Shown piece by piece: positions 13,308-24,220 of a stretch of DNA of 64,000 nt. The position numbers and the translations under genes are program-made. This stretch comes from Mobula hypostoma (lineage: Eukaryota). How positions within the stretch are numbered: the first letter of the stretch is position 1; each line of letters begins with the position of its first letter. Under the pieces are notes generated by a model. That model saw only the letters and a list, made by a program, of their open reading frames with translations, was not told where the DNA came from and made no database searches. Where the stretch lies: the NCBI RefSeq assembly GCF_963921235.1, contig NC_086107.1:92692001-92756000 (forward strand), read 5' to 3'.

Positions 13308-14004
13308 GGTGGCAAAGAATATGACAGGATATAGTTCATTTGCAGATATGAGTGGAGAAATTGCGGATGGAATTTATCCTGGCCAGATATAAAGTGTTGC
13401 ACCTTGGTAGAACAAATGCAAAGAGACAGTACACTAAGGGCAAGATCCTCAATTGTGTTGATGAGCAGAGAGATCTTAGAGTTCTGGTCCATATCTCTGT
13501 GAATGTAGCTACACAGGTTGACAGTGATTGTGAGAGTCATAGATAGAGCAGACAGGCAATATCTTTTTCCCAAGTAGAAATGTTTAATACCAGAGGGCAT
13601 GCAATTAAGACGAGGGGGGTTAATTTCAAAGCAGATGTGAGGGACAAGTTTTTTACACAGAGACTGGTGGATACCTGCATTGCATTGCCTGGAGAGGTGG
13701 TAGAGCAGGATACCTTGGGGAATTTTAAGAGACATTTCGAGAGGCACCCGAATGTAGAGAAAATGGAAATATATGGACATTGTGTAGGTGGAAGAGATTA
13801 GTTCAGTTGGCCATTTGCTTACTAATTTAATTGGTTCAGCACAATGTTGTGGGTTAAAGGATCTGTTCCCATACTGTGTTCTTTGTTCACCTGGAGGGAA
13901 CCCACACAGTCACAGGGAGAACACAAACACCTCACAGACAGAGTCAGAACTTAGTTTGGGAACGACCCGAACTGTAATAGTGTCACACTAACCGCTAGGC
14001 TCCT

Positions 14005-14145
14005 TCAGTTAGTCCTGACGAAGGGTCTCGGCCTGAAATGTCGACTGCACCTCTTCCTACAGATGCTGCCTGGCCTGCTGTGTTCACCAGCAACTTTGAT
14101 GTGTGTTGCTTGAATTTCCAGCATCTGCAGAATTCCTGTTGTTTG
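14005..14145 (+). mobile_element. Penelope terminal-repeat fragment with hammerhead motif (GAAAT variant)
   Basis: agtcCTGACGAagggtctcggcctGAAATGTCgactg; same subfamily as 6982-7196 and 48830-48960. Confidence 0.8.
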
Positions 14146-14216
14146 TGCAGACCCCACGCTGTTTTGCAGCAGCAGTACAGTGCAATGTATATAAAAAATA
14201 TTTACAATATGGGATA

Positions 14217-14763
14217 TGCTTAGTGGCCACTTTATTAGGTACAGGAGTCTGACTCGCTGTGGTCTTCTGTTGCTGTAGCCCATCTATTTCAAGGTTTGAC
14301 GTGTTGTACATTCAGAGATGCTCTTCTGCACACCACTGTTGTAACGTGTGGTTATTTGGGTTACTGTCACCTTTCTGTCAGCTTGAACCAGTCTGGCCAT
14401 TCTCCTCTGACCTCTCTCATTAACAAGGCGTTTTCACCCACAGAACTGCTGCTCAGTTGGAGTTTTTTGTTTCTCACACCATTCTCTGTAAACTCTAGAG
14501 ACTGTCGTGCGTGAAAATCCCAGGAGATCAGCAGTTTCTGAGATACTCAAATCAGCCCGTCTGGCATCAACAATCATTCCACAGTGAAAGTCACTTAGAT
14601 CACATTTCTTCCCCATTTTGAAGTTTGATCTCTACAACGACTAAACCTCTCGGCCAAGTCTGCATACTTTCATGCATTGAGTTTCTGCCACGTGATTGGC
14701 TGATGGGATATTTACATTAACAGGCAGGTGTACAGCTGTACTTAATAAAGTAGTCACTGAGTG
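14217..14763 (-). mobile_element. Internally deleted Tc1-family DNA transposon, copy 1
   Basis: TIRs (CACT)CAGTGGCCACTTTATTAGGTACA, left TA target; transposase N-terminus MGKKCDLSDF.CGMIVDARRADLSISETADLLGFSRTTVSRVYREW (HTH), no DDE domain. Confidence 0.9.
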
Positions 14764-16996
14764 TGTTTAAAAAAAGTAGAGCAAAAAGGGAGCAAAAATT
14801 CATGGGTTCATGGATCATTCAGAAATCTGATGGTGGAGGGGAAGAATTAGTTCCTAAACTGTTGATTGTGGGTCTGCAAGCTCCTGTGCCTCCTCCCTGT
14901 TGGTATTAATAAGAAGAGGGCATGTCCCAGATGGTGAAGGTCTTTCATGATGGAGATATTCCAAAAGATGTTGAAGATATTCTCCATGGTGGAGAGACCA
15001 ATGTTTGTAATGAAGCTGGCAGAGTTTGCAACCCTCTGCGGCCTTTTCTGATTGTGTGCATTGGAGCCTCCAAACCATCCACGGTACATCTGTTGACATT
15101 TGCTAGGGTAACATACTAATTCTTCTCAAGCTCCTAATATGCCTTCTTCATAATTGCATCAATACATTGGGCCCGAGGTAGATCTTCAGTGCTGTTGGTA
15201 CCCAAGGACTTGAGGCAGCTCAGCCTTTCCACTGCTAACTCCTCAATGATAACTGGTGGTTGAGGTAATTCAGATGAAGGCAGCAGACTTAAAGGAAACA
15301 CACGAAAATGCTGGAGGAACTCAGCAGGTCAGGCAGTGTCTATGGAGGGAACTGGGCAGTTGATGTTTCAGGTCAAAACCCTTCATTTTGACTGAAAGCC
15401 GGAGGGGAGATACCAGATGAATCTGCCCTCTATTTTTCAGTACAGATATAGGGTCTAGACCTGAAACGTCCTCTGTCCATTCACCCCTACAGATGCTGCC
15501 TGACCGCTGAGTTCCTCCAGTGTTTTGCACATTGCTCGAGATTAGGGCATCTGCAATCTCTCAAGATTTAAAAGAAAATTAGATTTTGTATTTACGTAAC
15601 ATCTCCAGCATTCTTTACCCAGGAAGGCCGTGCAGCTGGATAATTGGGAGTATTTAGAGAAGAGGTAGAGACAGGGGACTGAGGGCCATGGGACCTGTCA
15701 CAGAGGAGGAGGAGATTGGGTCTGGGGCAAATTGAATAGCAGGACAGTCTTAAGGATGAGGAGGGGCTGTGGGAAGGATGTGAGCTCCTCACCCCTGTTC
15801 CTATTTTCTTATGTTCCTTTAGGATATTCCAGAGAGAATTAAGGTTAAAGAACACTTCCCTAAATGAATCAGCATCAAAATCAGGCTTATTAACGCAAAC
15901 ACGAGGAAATCTGCAGATGTTGGAAATTCAAGCAACACACACAAAATGCTGGTGGAACGCAGCAGGCCAGACAGCATCCATAGGAAGAAGCACAGTCGAT
16001 GTTTCGGGTCCTTTCCTACCACCTGGATTCACCTTTCACCTTCTGGCTAGTTCTTTCTCTCCTGCCTTTTTATTCTGGCACCTTCCTCCTTCCTTTCCAG
16101 TCCTGAAGAAAGGTCTCAGCCCAAAACGTTGACTGCTTATTCCATCATTTTGTGTGTGTTGCTGTAGAAAATGTAGTTAGGTGGGAGATGTAGTAACGTA
16201 GTGGACCCACCAATGTAATGGCTAAGGTACTGGGCTGAAGGTTAGGCTGAAGGAGTGAAGATCCAATTCCACTCTACCAACTGCAGGGTTGAAATTCAAG
16301 TCATTAAACAAACCAAAGTCAAAGTAAATTTATTATCAAAGTGCATGTATGTCACCATATACAATCCTGAGATTAATTTTCTTACAGGAAAATAAAGACA
16401 TCAGTTTATGAAAATTTATGGGGAAAAATGAAAATCTATACATAAACAAAGGCTCACAAACAACCAACGTGCAAAGGAAGATAAATTCTGGAAAATAAAT
16501 AAATAATGCCGAGATCTGGAGCTGTAGAGTTCTTGAAAGTGAGTGTGTACGTTGTGGAGTCAGTTCAGAGTTGAGGTGACTGTGGTTGTCCACACCGGCT
16601 TAAGGTCCTGATGGTTGTAGAGTCATAATTGTTCCTGAACGCGGCAGTGTGGGTTGTAAGACTACTGCACCTCCTGCTTTTGGTAGTAGCAAGAAGAGAG
16701 CATGGCCTGGAGGATACAGGTCCTTGATGATGGATGCTGCTTTCTTGTGACAGTGCTCCATGTAAATGTGCTCAGTGGTGGGGAGGGCTTTGACTTTGAT
16801 GGACTGGACTGAAATCAAAATGTTTCAGCTCAGACCAGTATGGAGGGTGTCAGAGGAATGTTCTTTACACAGAGAGGTGGGTGTGAGGAACCCCCTACCT
16901 GGGGTTGTGGTAGAGGCAGATCCTTTAGGAGTATTTAAGAAACTCTTAGATAGGCACTGGGATAAAACAAAAATGGAGGGCTATGTAGGAAGTTTT

Positions 16997-17315
16997 GGTA
17001 GTGGGGTGGAGACAGGGCTCTACCAAAGGAGTTGTAAGCGCTCCTTCCTTCCACTAGCCTGCAGCTCACCCTTGGGCAAGGTGTAGCACCTGCTTAGCCC
17101 TAGGAGTCCTGGTTATGTGACCACCGATGCCAGGCAGACAATCTCTGAGGAGTATTGATAATGGATGGGGGTGGGGGGGGGGGGTCATCCCTCTTGAAAA
17201 GACACTGCCCAGAAGAAGACAATGGTAAACCACTTCTGTAGAAAACTTTGCCAAGAACAATCACGGTCATAGACCACGATCACCCGTGTCATACGACACA
17301 GCACATAATGATGAT
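16997..17315 (+). mobile_element. Non-autonomous RTE-tailed retroelement, copy 2, inserted in a CR1 tail
   Basis: aatggtaaaccacttctgtagaaaactttgccaag..cataatgatgatg tail; flanking duplication ATGTAGGAAG/ATGTCGGAGG. Confidence 0.65.
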
Positions 17316-17434
17316 GGTAATGTCGGAGGGAAGGGTTAGATTGATCTTAGAGTAGATTCAAATGTTGTGGGCCAAAGGGCCCGTACCATACTGTAGTGTT
17401 CTATGTTCCATTTTCTATGATTTTGTAAGCCTCT

Positions 17435-17670
17435 TTTTTCCTTTCAATCTTTTTTTATTGATTTAAAAGAATAAGGATAAATACAAACCAGAGGAGAGGT
17501 TATCTCAAATACATATATCAATAATAGTACAAAGAAAGAAAGAAATGTACACTGTCAAAATCATATATAGTATTAAGCTAATGTAAAGAGACAAGAGAAC
17601 CACTTCTCCTCTTAACAGTTCATAGAAAAAAACACTCAAGATTTCCTGTTATTGGAAAAAACCACTAACC
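17435..17670 (-). mobile_element. A-tailed retro-insertion (L1/Tx1-like 3'UTR) in a CR1 fragment
   Basis: T-rich left end (tttttttattg = minus-strand AATAAA + A tail); flanks taagcctct / taacctct. Confidence 0.4.
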
Positions 17671-18279
17671 TAACCTCTAAGGTCATCTGTCAGCCTCGTT
17701 CACTCGAGGAAAACAGTCCCAGTCTATTTAGTCTTTCCTTATAATTCACATCATCCAAACCTTGTAACATTACTGTGAATCCTGCCTGCACCCTCTGTCG
17801 TTTACTGATATCCTTGCCACAGTACGACAACTAGTCTGCTCGCAATGCTCCTAGTGTGAGCTCACCAACATCTTGTACAACTATAAAATAACATCCTAAC
17901 TCTTGTGGTCCTGGCCAATGAAGGCAAGCATGCCAAACTCCTCTTTCACTAGCTACATTTTCAGAACTATGTACTTGTACCCTTAGGTCTCTCTGTTCTA
18001 TTGGTATTGGTTTATTATTGTTACATGTACCAGGAGACAGTGAAAAGTTTGTCTTGCACGCTGTTTATACAGTTCAAGTCATTACACCATGTATTGAGCG
18101 AGAATAAGGTAAAAGAATAAACAATACAAATTAAGAGTAAAATCTACCGAAAAAGTGCAGTGCAGGTAGACAATAAGGGGCAAGATGAGAATGAAATAGG
18201 TTGTGAGGCCAAGAATCCATCTTATCATACAAGAGGTCCATTCAAGAGTCTGACAATGTGGGGGGGGGGGTGGAATAGA

Positions 18280-18618
18280 GGGGGTGCCACGTTAGCATAG
18301 TGGTTAGGTCAATGCTTTGCATGGTCAGTGATGAGCAATCTCTGGGATCAATTCCCCACTGCTGTCTGTAAAGAGCTTGTATGTTCTCCCCATGACCAAA
18401 GAGGTTTCCTCCAGGTGTTCTGGTTTCCTCCCACATTCCAAAGATGTACAGGTTAGGATTAGTAAATTCCGGGCTTACTATATTGGTGTAGGAGTTGTGG
18501 CAACACCTGTGTTCTGCCCCAAGCATGATCCTTGGGCTGTGTTGGTCATTGACGCAAGCAACGTATTTCACTGCATGTTTCAATGTTTTGATGTATGTCG
18601 AACAAATAAAGATAAACT
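18280..18618 (+). mobile_element. tRNA-derived HE1-like SINE (related copies near 3875-4120, 5040-5340, 25330-25630, 25665-25925, 36490-36760, 40080-40375, 42370-42640, 44150-44460, 60330-60605, 61060-61375)
   Basis: A-box-like tagcatagtggttagg, B-box-like gatcaattcc, conserved core ggtttcctcc.ggtg.tc.ggtttcctcccacattccaaaga. Confidence 0.8.
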
Positions 18619-19126
18619 AGAGAAACACACAAAATGCTGCAGGACTGATGAAGGGTCTCGGCCCGAAACGTTGACTGTTTATTCTTCTCCATAGATGCTT
18701 CCTGACCTGCTTAGTTCCTCCAGCATTGTTTTTTTTGTGTGTTGCTCTGGATTTCCAGCATCTGCAGAATCTCTTGAGTTTATGAAAAGTTGCCCTTGCG
18801 CCTGGTGGGGCATGCTTTCAGGCTTTCGTAACTTTTAACCGATGGGAAAGGGGAGAAGGGAGAATATGTGGGCTGGGTGGGGTTTTTGATTATGCTGACT
18901 GCTTTGTCAAGGCATGGAAAACTATAGACAAAGTCCAGGAGGGGAGGTTAGTTTCCATGATGTGAAGAGCTGCAATCTCTCCATAGTTCCTTGTGGTCAT
19001 ATTCTCAAGCCTTTGATGTATTGAAATTGAGATCTTAGCAGGTTATACTATTGACTTGCTAGCACCTTGGCGGTGCTCAGAGAAACTTCCCTGCTGATTT
19101 TCACCTGATTCCCGCTCTGCCTACAG

Positions 19127-19256
19127 CATTGGACACAACGAGGTGATCGGGATGTGCCGTGTAGGGAATGCCGCCGACGGACCAGGCCGGGAGCACTGGA
19201 ATGAAATGCTGGTAAATCCACGCAAGCCCATTGAGCAATGGCACCAGCTGGTTGAG
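19127..19256 (+). CDS. syt3: Synaptotagmin-3 penultimate coding exon (end of C2B domain, WHxL motif)
   Basis: Acceptor ccgctctgcctacAG, donor GAG|GTGAG; 130 nt = 1 + 43 codons: (C)[43 protein letters not shown]. Matches my recollection of vertebrate SYT3 ([14 protein letters not shown]...[24 protein letters not shown]); 'IGHNE' and 'WHQLVE' favour SYT3 over SYT6/9/10. Not in the ORF track. Confidence 0.95.
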
Positions 19257-20735
19257 GTGAGAAGCTGGCGTGATGAGTCAGAATCAGGTTGATTATCGCC
19301 GATATACATCGGAAATTTGTTTGTGTGCCAGCACGACAGTGCAATACATAGAACAGTTGCTATAACTTGCAGTAAGAAACACATATAAAAATATAAATAC
19401 TGTAACTAGGGCAAAAAGAGAGCAAAATGTACGATGATGTTCATTGTCCCTTCAGAAAGCTGATGTCAGAGGGGAGAAAGCTTTGCCTGAGTCATTGAAT
19501 GTGAGTATTCGGTCTCCTGTAACTCCTCCCTGGTGGTAGCAGTGAGAAGAGGGCATGTCCCAGGTGGTGAAGGACTTTCACGATGGATGCCCCCTTTTTC
19601 AGGGTCAAAGAAAAACAACTCAAGAGACCAAACTTCAAGTGGTGATACCTTTATTCAGCATGATATGATGGAGAGCTTGCAGCAAAGAGCAAGGCTCTAA
19701 ATTACAGAGTAATTTCGGCATATTTACTGCTGATAGGTGAATATCCATGACTACTGACATGCAAGTTACACAAGCAGATGGACATGTACGTACCCAGGAG
19801 CAAATAAGTACACCATAGTGCAATTATAGAGTAGACAAGTAACTAAATCATAAAAGTGCGTGTTCCTCTTTTTGGCCATCTAGATTCAGTGCTGCATCCT
19901 GATTATGAAAGACTGTCTAGTGTCTGCAGGTCTAAGCTTAGGACATTGGGTTACAAGGTTCAAATAGAAAAATTCAAGTTAGCTACTTAGTTCATTAATC
20001 CTTTTGTTGACCCTTCCTCCACATTGAGGCATGGCTTTCTGAAGATTTTGTTGATGGTAGGGAGGCTAGTGGAGCTGGCTGAGTTAACGACCCTCTGGAC
20101 CTTTTTCTGCTCAGCGTATTAGTCCTTCCATACCAGATGGTGATACAATCCACGGTACATTTGTAAGAATTTGCTGGAGTCTTTGGTGACATACCAAATC
20201 TCCTTAGACTCCCAATGAAATAAAGCCACTGGTGTGCCTTCTTGGTAATTACATCCATATGTTGAGGAGATCTTACCCAGTACGACTCTATGATTCTAAT
20301 TAGCAAGAGAAACTGCAGGTTATCCTTGTTTTGCAAGACATTTGTGGAATTAAGACATCCTATAAGAATTACATAGAACATTTGCCTGGATATGATGCAT
20401 AGGCCTGGCTTACGTCCCTACAAAAGAATGTATTTGCGATGGAGAGAGCGTAATAAACTAATTTCTGTGAGGAGAGATCAGGCAGGATAGGCCGATATCC
20501 TCTTGCATTTGAAGAGTGAAAATGAAAACACGCAGAGATTTTCAGGAGCTTGAGGGGGTAAAAGTATAAAAGATGTTTCACCTGATAGGGACGTCAAAGT
20601 GTCAAAGTAAGACGATATAGGATTTAGATCAGAAAATGTTACTTCACCTGGAGAGTGGAGAATTTTCAAAGTTCTTCATGGAAGAAGTCTATGCAAGCTT
20701 CGAGGCTGAATCTATGCAAGAAGATATCTGATATA

Positions 20736-21296
20736 CACTCTATGACCTCTGTATTAGGCAAACCTGCTTGTTAAATGCAAATAGCTCTTTAGCCAATCAT
20801 GTGGCAGCAACTCAGTGCATAAAAGCATGCTGACATGGTCAAGAGGTTCAGTGGTTCAAACCAAACACCAGAATGGGGAAGAAATGTGATCTAAATGACT
20901 CTGACCATAGAAAGATTGTTAGTACCAGAGGGACTGGTTTGAGCATCTCAGAAACTGCTGATCTCCCGGGATTTTCACACACGACAGTGACTAGTTTACA
21001 GAGAATGGTGTGAAAGGCGAAAAAAAAGCATCCAGTTAGTGGCAGTTCTGTGGGCAAAAATGCCTTGTTAATGTGAGAGGTCAGAGGAGAAAGGCCAGAC
21101 TGGTTGAAGCTGACAAGAAGGTGACAGTAACTCAAATATCCATGCGTTACAGCAGTAGTGTGCAGAAGAGCATCTCTGAATGCACAACGTCGAACCTTGA
21201 AGTGGACGGGCTACAGCAGCAGAAGACCGTGAACGTACACTCAGTGGCCACTTTATTAGGTACAGGAGGAACTGAATAAAGTGGCGACTGAGTGTA
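20736..21296 (+). mobile_element. Internally deleted Tc1-family transposon, copy 2, with a double-TIR right end
   Basis: TA flanks; ATGGGGAAGAAATGTGATCTA transposase start; ends in TACACTCAGTGGCCACTTTATTAGGTACAGGAGGAACTGAATAAAGTGGCGACTGAGTGTA. Confidence 0.88.
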
Positions 21297-21554
21297 TTTT
21301 TAGATAATGGGGGAATCAAGGAATATGTGTTAGTGTAGGAAAGTGGAAGTGAGGTTGAGTAATCAGCCATGATATTACTGAATGGAGAGGAGAACAAGGG
21401 ACCAAATGACTTCCTACTCCTGTTTCTATGTTCCTAATACTTTGGAAACTTCATTCAAATTATCCGTTGCGCAGCAGATGATTCAACCCTTAGGGTTCAG
21501 TTGTAGAAAGTTAGACAACACACATTCTATAAAGTTGATGGGCCTTGAAGTGAA

Positions 21555-22190
21555 GAAGTTGGAATAAAAACTTCTATAGGTGTGTAGTGGAGAGTATATT
21601 GACTCCATATCATGACTTGATATGGAAACACTAATGCCCTTGAACTGAAAACCCTACAAAAAAGTAGTAGATGCAGCCCAGTCCATCACAGATAAGGCCC
21701 TTCCCACCACTGAGCAGATCTACATGAAGGATTTTCACAGGAAAGCAGCATCTATCATCGGGACATCCACTGCCCAGGACATGCTCTCTTCTCACTGCTG
21801 CCATCAGGAAGAAGGTACAGAAGCCTCGGAACTCGCACCATCATGTTTAGGAACAGTTATCAGGCTCTGGAATCAAAAAGGGTAACTCCACTCAACTTCA
21901 CTTGCCCCAATTTTGAAATGTTCTCATAATCTGTGAACTCACTTTCAAGGGCTCTTCATCTCATGTTCTCAATATTTATTAATTATTTATTATTATTGTT
22001 ATTTCTTTCTTTCTGTATTTACACAGTTTGTTGTCTTTTGCACACTGATTCAACACTCAAGTTGGTGCGGTCTTTCATTAATTTTATTTGATTAATCTAT
22101 TATGGATTTATTAAATACCCAGTAAGAAAATGAACCTCAGTGTTGTATATGGTGATGTATATGTACTTTGATAACAAATTTACTTTGAAC
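21555..22190 (+). mobile_element. Rex1/Babar-type LINE 3' fragment ending just upstream of the syt3 acceptor
   Basis: gccatcaggaagaaggtacagaagcct (PSGRRYRSL) and tactttgaactt tail. Confidence 0.8.
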
Positions 22191-22238
22191 TTAATTTTCC
22201 TGATTTTTCTTACTACCTCTTCCCTCTTTTTTTTCCAG

Positions 22239-22337
22239 GAAAAGGTGCTGAACAGTTACATGACAAAGGGATACGCCACTGGCTCAGGTGCCGCCAAGCC
22301 AGTGACTATCGTAGTGGAGACTCCTCATTCAGACTGA
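22239..22337 (+). CDS. syt3: Synaptotagmin-3 last coding exon (C-terminal tail, stop TGA 22335-22337)
   Basis: Long polypyrimidine tract then ttccAG|GAA; phase 0 joins in frame to ...LVE giving WHQLVE-EKVLNSYMTKGYATGSGAAKPVTIVVETPHSD*, resembling the SYT3 'VEEKT..SF.K' tail. Confidence 0.9.
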   Translation, partial: EKVLNSYMTKGYATGSGAAKPVTIVVETPHSD

Positions 22338-22361
22338 GAACCCCACTCCACATTGCAGAAT
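22338..22361 (+). other. syt3: syt3 3'UTR portion of the stop-codon exon, ending at a splice donor
   Basis: Consensus donor AAT|GTAAGT at 22362, 24 nt after the stop. Confidence 0.7.
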
Positions 22362-23129
22362 GTAAGTGCATTCTGATTTACCCCCGGGAGGGGTGCAAAC
22401 CGGGTGTAGGAATCAATAAACACAATATCCTTCGGGTCTTGTTTTGACCAACAAACAGCAGGGATTGTGGTTATTAACAGGAAAAACTGCAGATGCTGGA
22501 AATCTGAGGGAAAAGAATGGAAAATGCTGAATACTCCCACCAGGTCAGTCAGTGTCTGTGGAGTCGTAGAGTCATAGTCATAGAGAAGTACAGCGCAGAA
22601 ACAGGCCCTTCGGCCTATCAAGTCCATGCCAAACCATTTAAACTGCCTACTGTCATCGACCTGCACTGGGACCACAGCCGTCCATACCCCAACTATCCAT
22701 GTACCTGTCTGAATTTCTCTTAAACGTTGAAATCGAGCTTGCACACACCACTTGTGCTGGCAGCTCATTCCTCACTCTCACGACCCTCTGAGTGAAGAAG
22801 TTTCCCCTCATGTTCACTTTAACTTCTTACTTTTCACCCTTAACCCATTACCTCTGGTTGGAGTCCCACCCAAGCTCAATGAAAAAAGCCTGCTTGCATT
22901 TACCCCATCTGTCCCCTCTATAGGGAGGGAAAGTGTTAATATTTCAGGTTGAAAACCCTTCATCAAAAGAGGAGGAGAGAGAGAGAGAGTTATCAGAACA
23001 GCTCCAGATGAACCAAAAGGGAATATCTGTAAAAGGGTGAAATAATGTGGCCACTAAATGAACAATTGGGTTCCTTGTCTGTGGATTGAGTTGAGCGACA
23101 AAGAAACTGAATCAAAAGAAATTATCCAC

Positions 23130-24220
23130 CGATCCCTCGAAGCTGCCATAAAAGTTGATAGGGGATGTTGGCCGTCATTAGTTGAAGGGTTGAATTCAAA
23201 AACCGCGAGATAATGTTGCAGTTCTGTAAAATCTTGGGTAGACCATACTTGGAGTATTGTGTTCAGTTCTGATCACCTCATTATAGGAAGGGTGTGGAAA
23301 CTTTAGAGAGGATGCAGAGGAGATTTATGTGTATAAGATGATGAGAGGCAATGATCGTGTAGATAGTCAGAGGCTTTTTCTCAGGGCTGAAATGGCTGAC
23401 ACGAGAGGGTACAGTTTTAAGGTGCTTGGAAGTAAGTACAGAGGAGATGTCAGGGGTAGGTTTTTTACGCAGAGAGTGGTGAGTGTGTGGAATGGGCTGC
23501 CGGCGACGGTGGTGGAGGCGGATGTGATAGGGTCTTTTAAGAGACTCCTGGACAGGTACATGGAGCTAAGAAAAATAGAGGACTATTGGTAATCCTATGT
23601 AATTTCTGAAGTAAATACATGCTCGGCACAGCATTGTGGGCTGAAGGGCCTGTATTGTGCTGTAGGTTTTCTATGTTTCTATCTACCAGGATGCTGTCTG
23701 GATTAGAGAGCATGTCTTGTGAGAATAGGTTGCGCAAACTAGAGCTTTTCTCTTTGGGGGAGGATAAGAGGTGACTTGATAGAGGTGTACAAAATGGCAA
23801 GAGGCCGAGATTGATTAGATAGCCAGAGACTTTTTCCCAGGACAGAAACGACTAATAAAATGGCTAATATGTATTGAATTGTACTGCTGCTGTCAAGTTA
23901 ACAAATTTCATGACATAGGCCGGTGATTTTAAATCTGATTCTGATTTGTAATTTTGGGGTGATAGGAGGGAAGTATAAGGGAGAAGCCAGAGCTAAGTGT
24001 TTTACACAGAGTGGTGGGTGCATGGACACCCTGCCAGGGGTGGTGCTAGAAACAGATATATTAGGGGCATTTAAGAAACTCTTGGGTAGGCACATGGACA
24101 ATAGAAAAATGGAGGACTATGTAGGAGGAAATGGTTAAATTGATCTTAGAGCAGGTTAAAAGGTTGGCACAACATCATGGGCTGAGGGTGCCCGTACTCT
24201 GCTGTAGTGTTCTATGCTTT
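23130..24220 (+). mobile_element. CR1 3' fragment with nested younger CR1 tail (23328-23680) and Rex1 tail (23870-23950)
   Basis: Host reads aggagattt|accaggatg across the insert; insert MYKMMRG.DRVDSQRLF..FFTQRVV. Confidence 0.85.

Larger units (their letters stand above)
7440..13880 (+). mobile_element. Decayed near-full-length CR1 LINE (ORF1 with SGNH-esterase-like domain, ORF2 endonuclease + RT) split by four later insertions
   Basis: ORF1 PDDYT..QLLTDKV, VHIGTNDMG..KVVISGLL; endonuclease [54 protein letters not shown]1 3' tail near 13850. Confidence 0.85.

Noticed and set aside
18280..18360. tRNA gene-like A/B boxes here and at other SINE heads
   Set aside because: No cloverleaf; they continue into SINE bodies.
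19061..19080. RE1/NRSE-like AGCACCTTGG near the syt3 exon
   Set aside because: Right half-site (GACAG.GCC) is absent; only a 6-bp inverted repeat remains.
19860..19910. Faint resemblance to U2 snRNA 5' end
   Set aside because: Too many mismatches and gaps to support.
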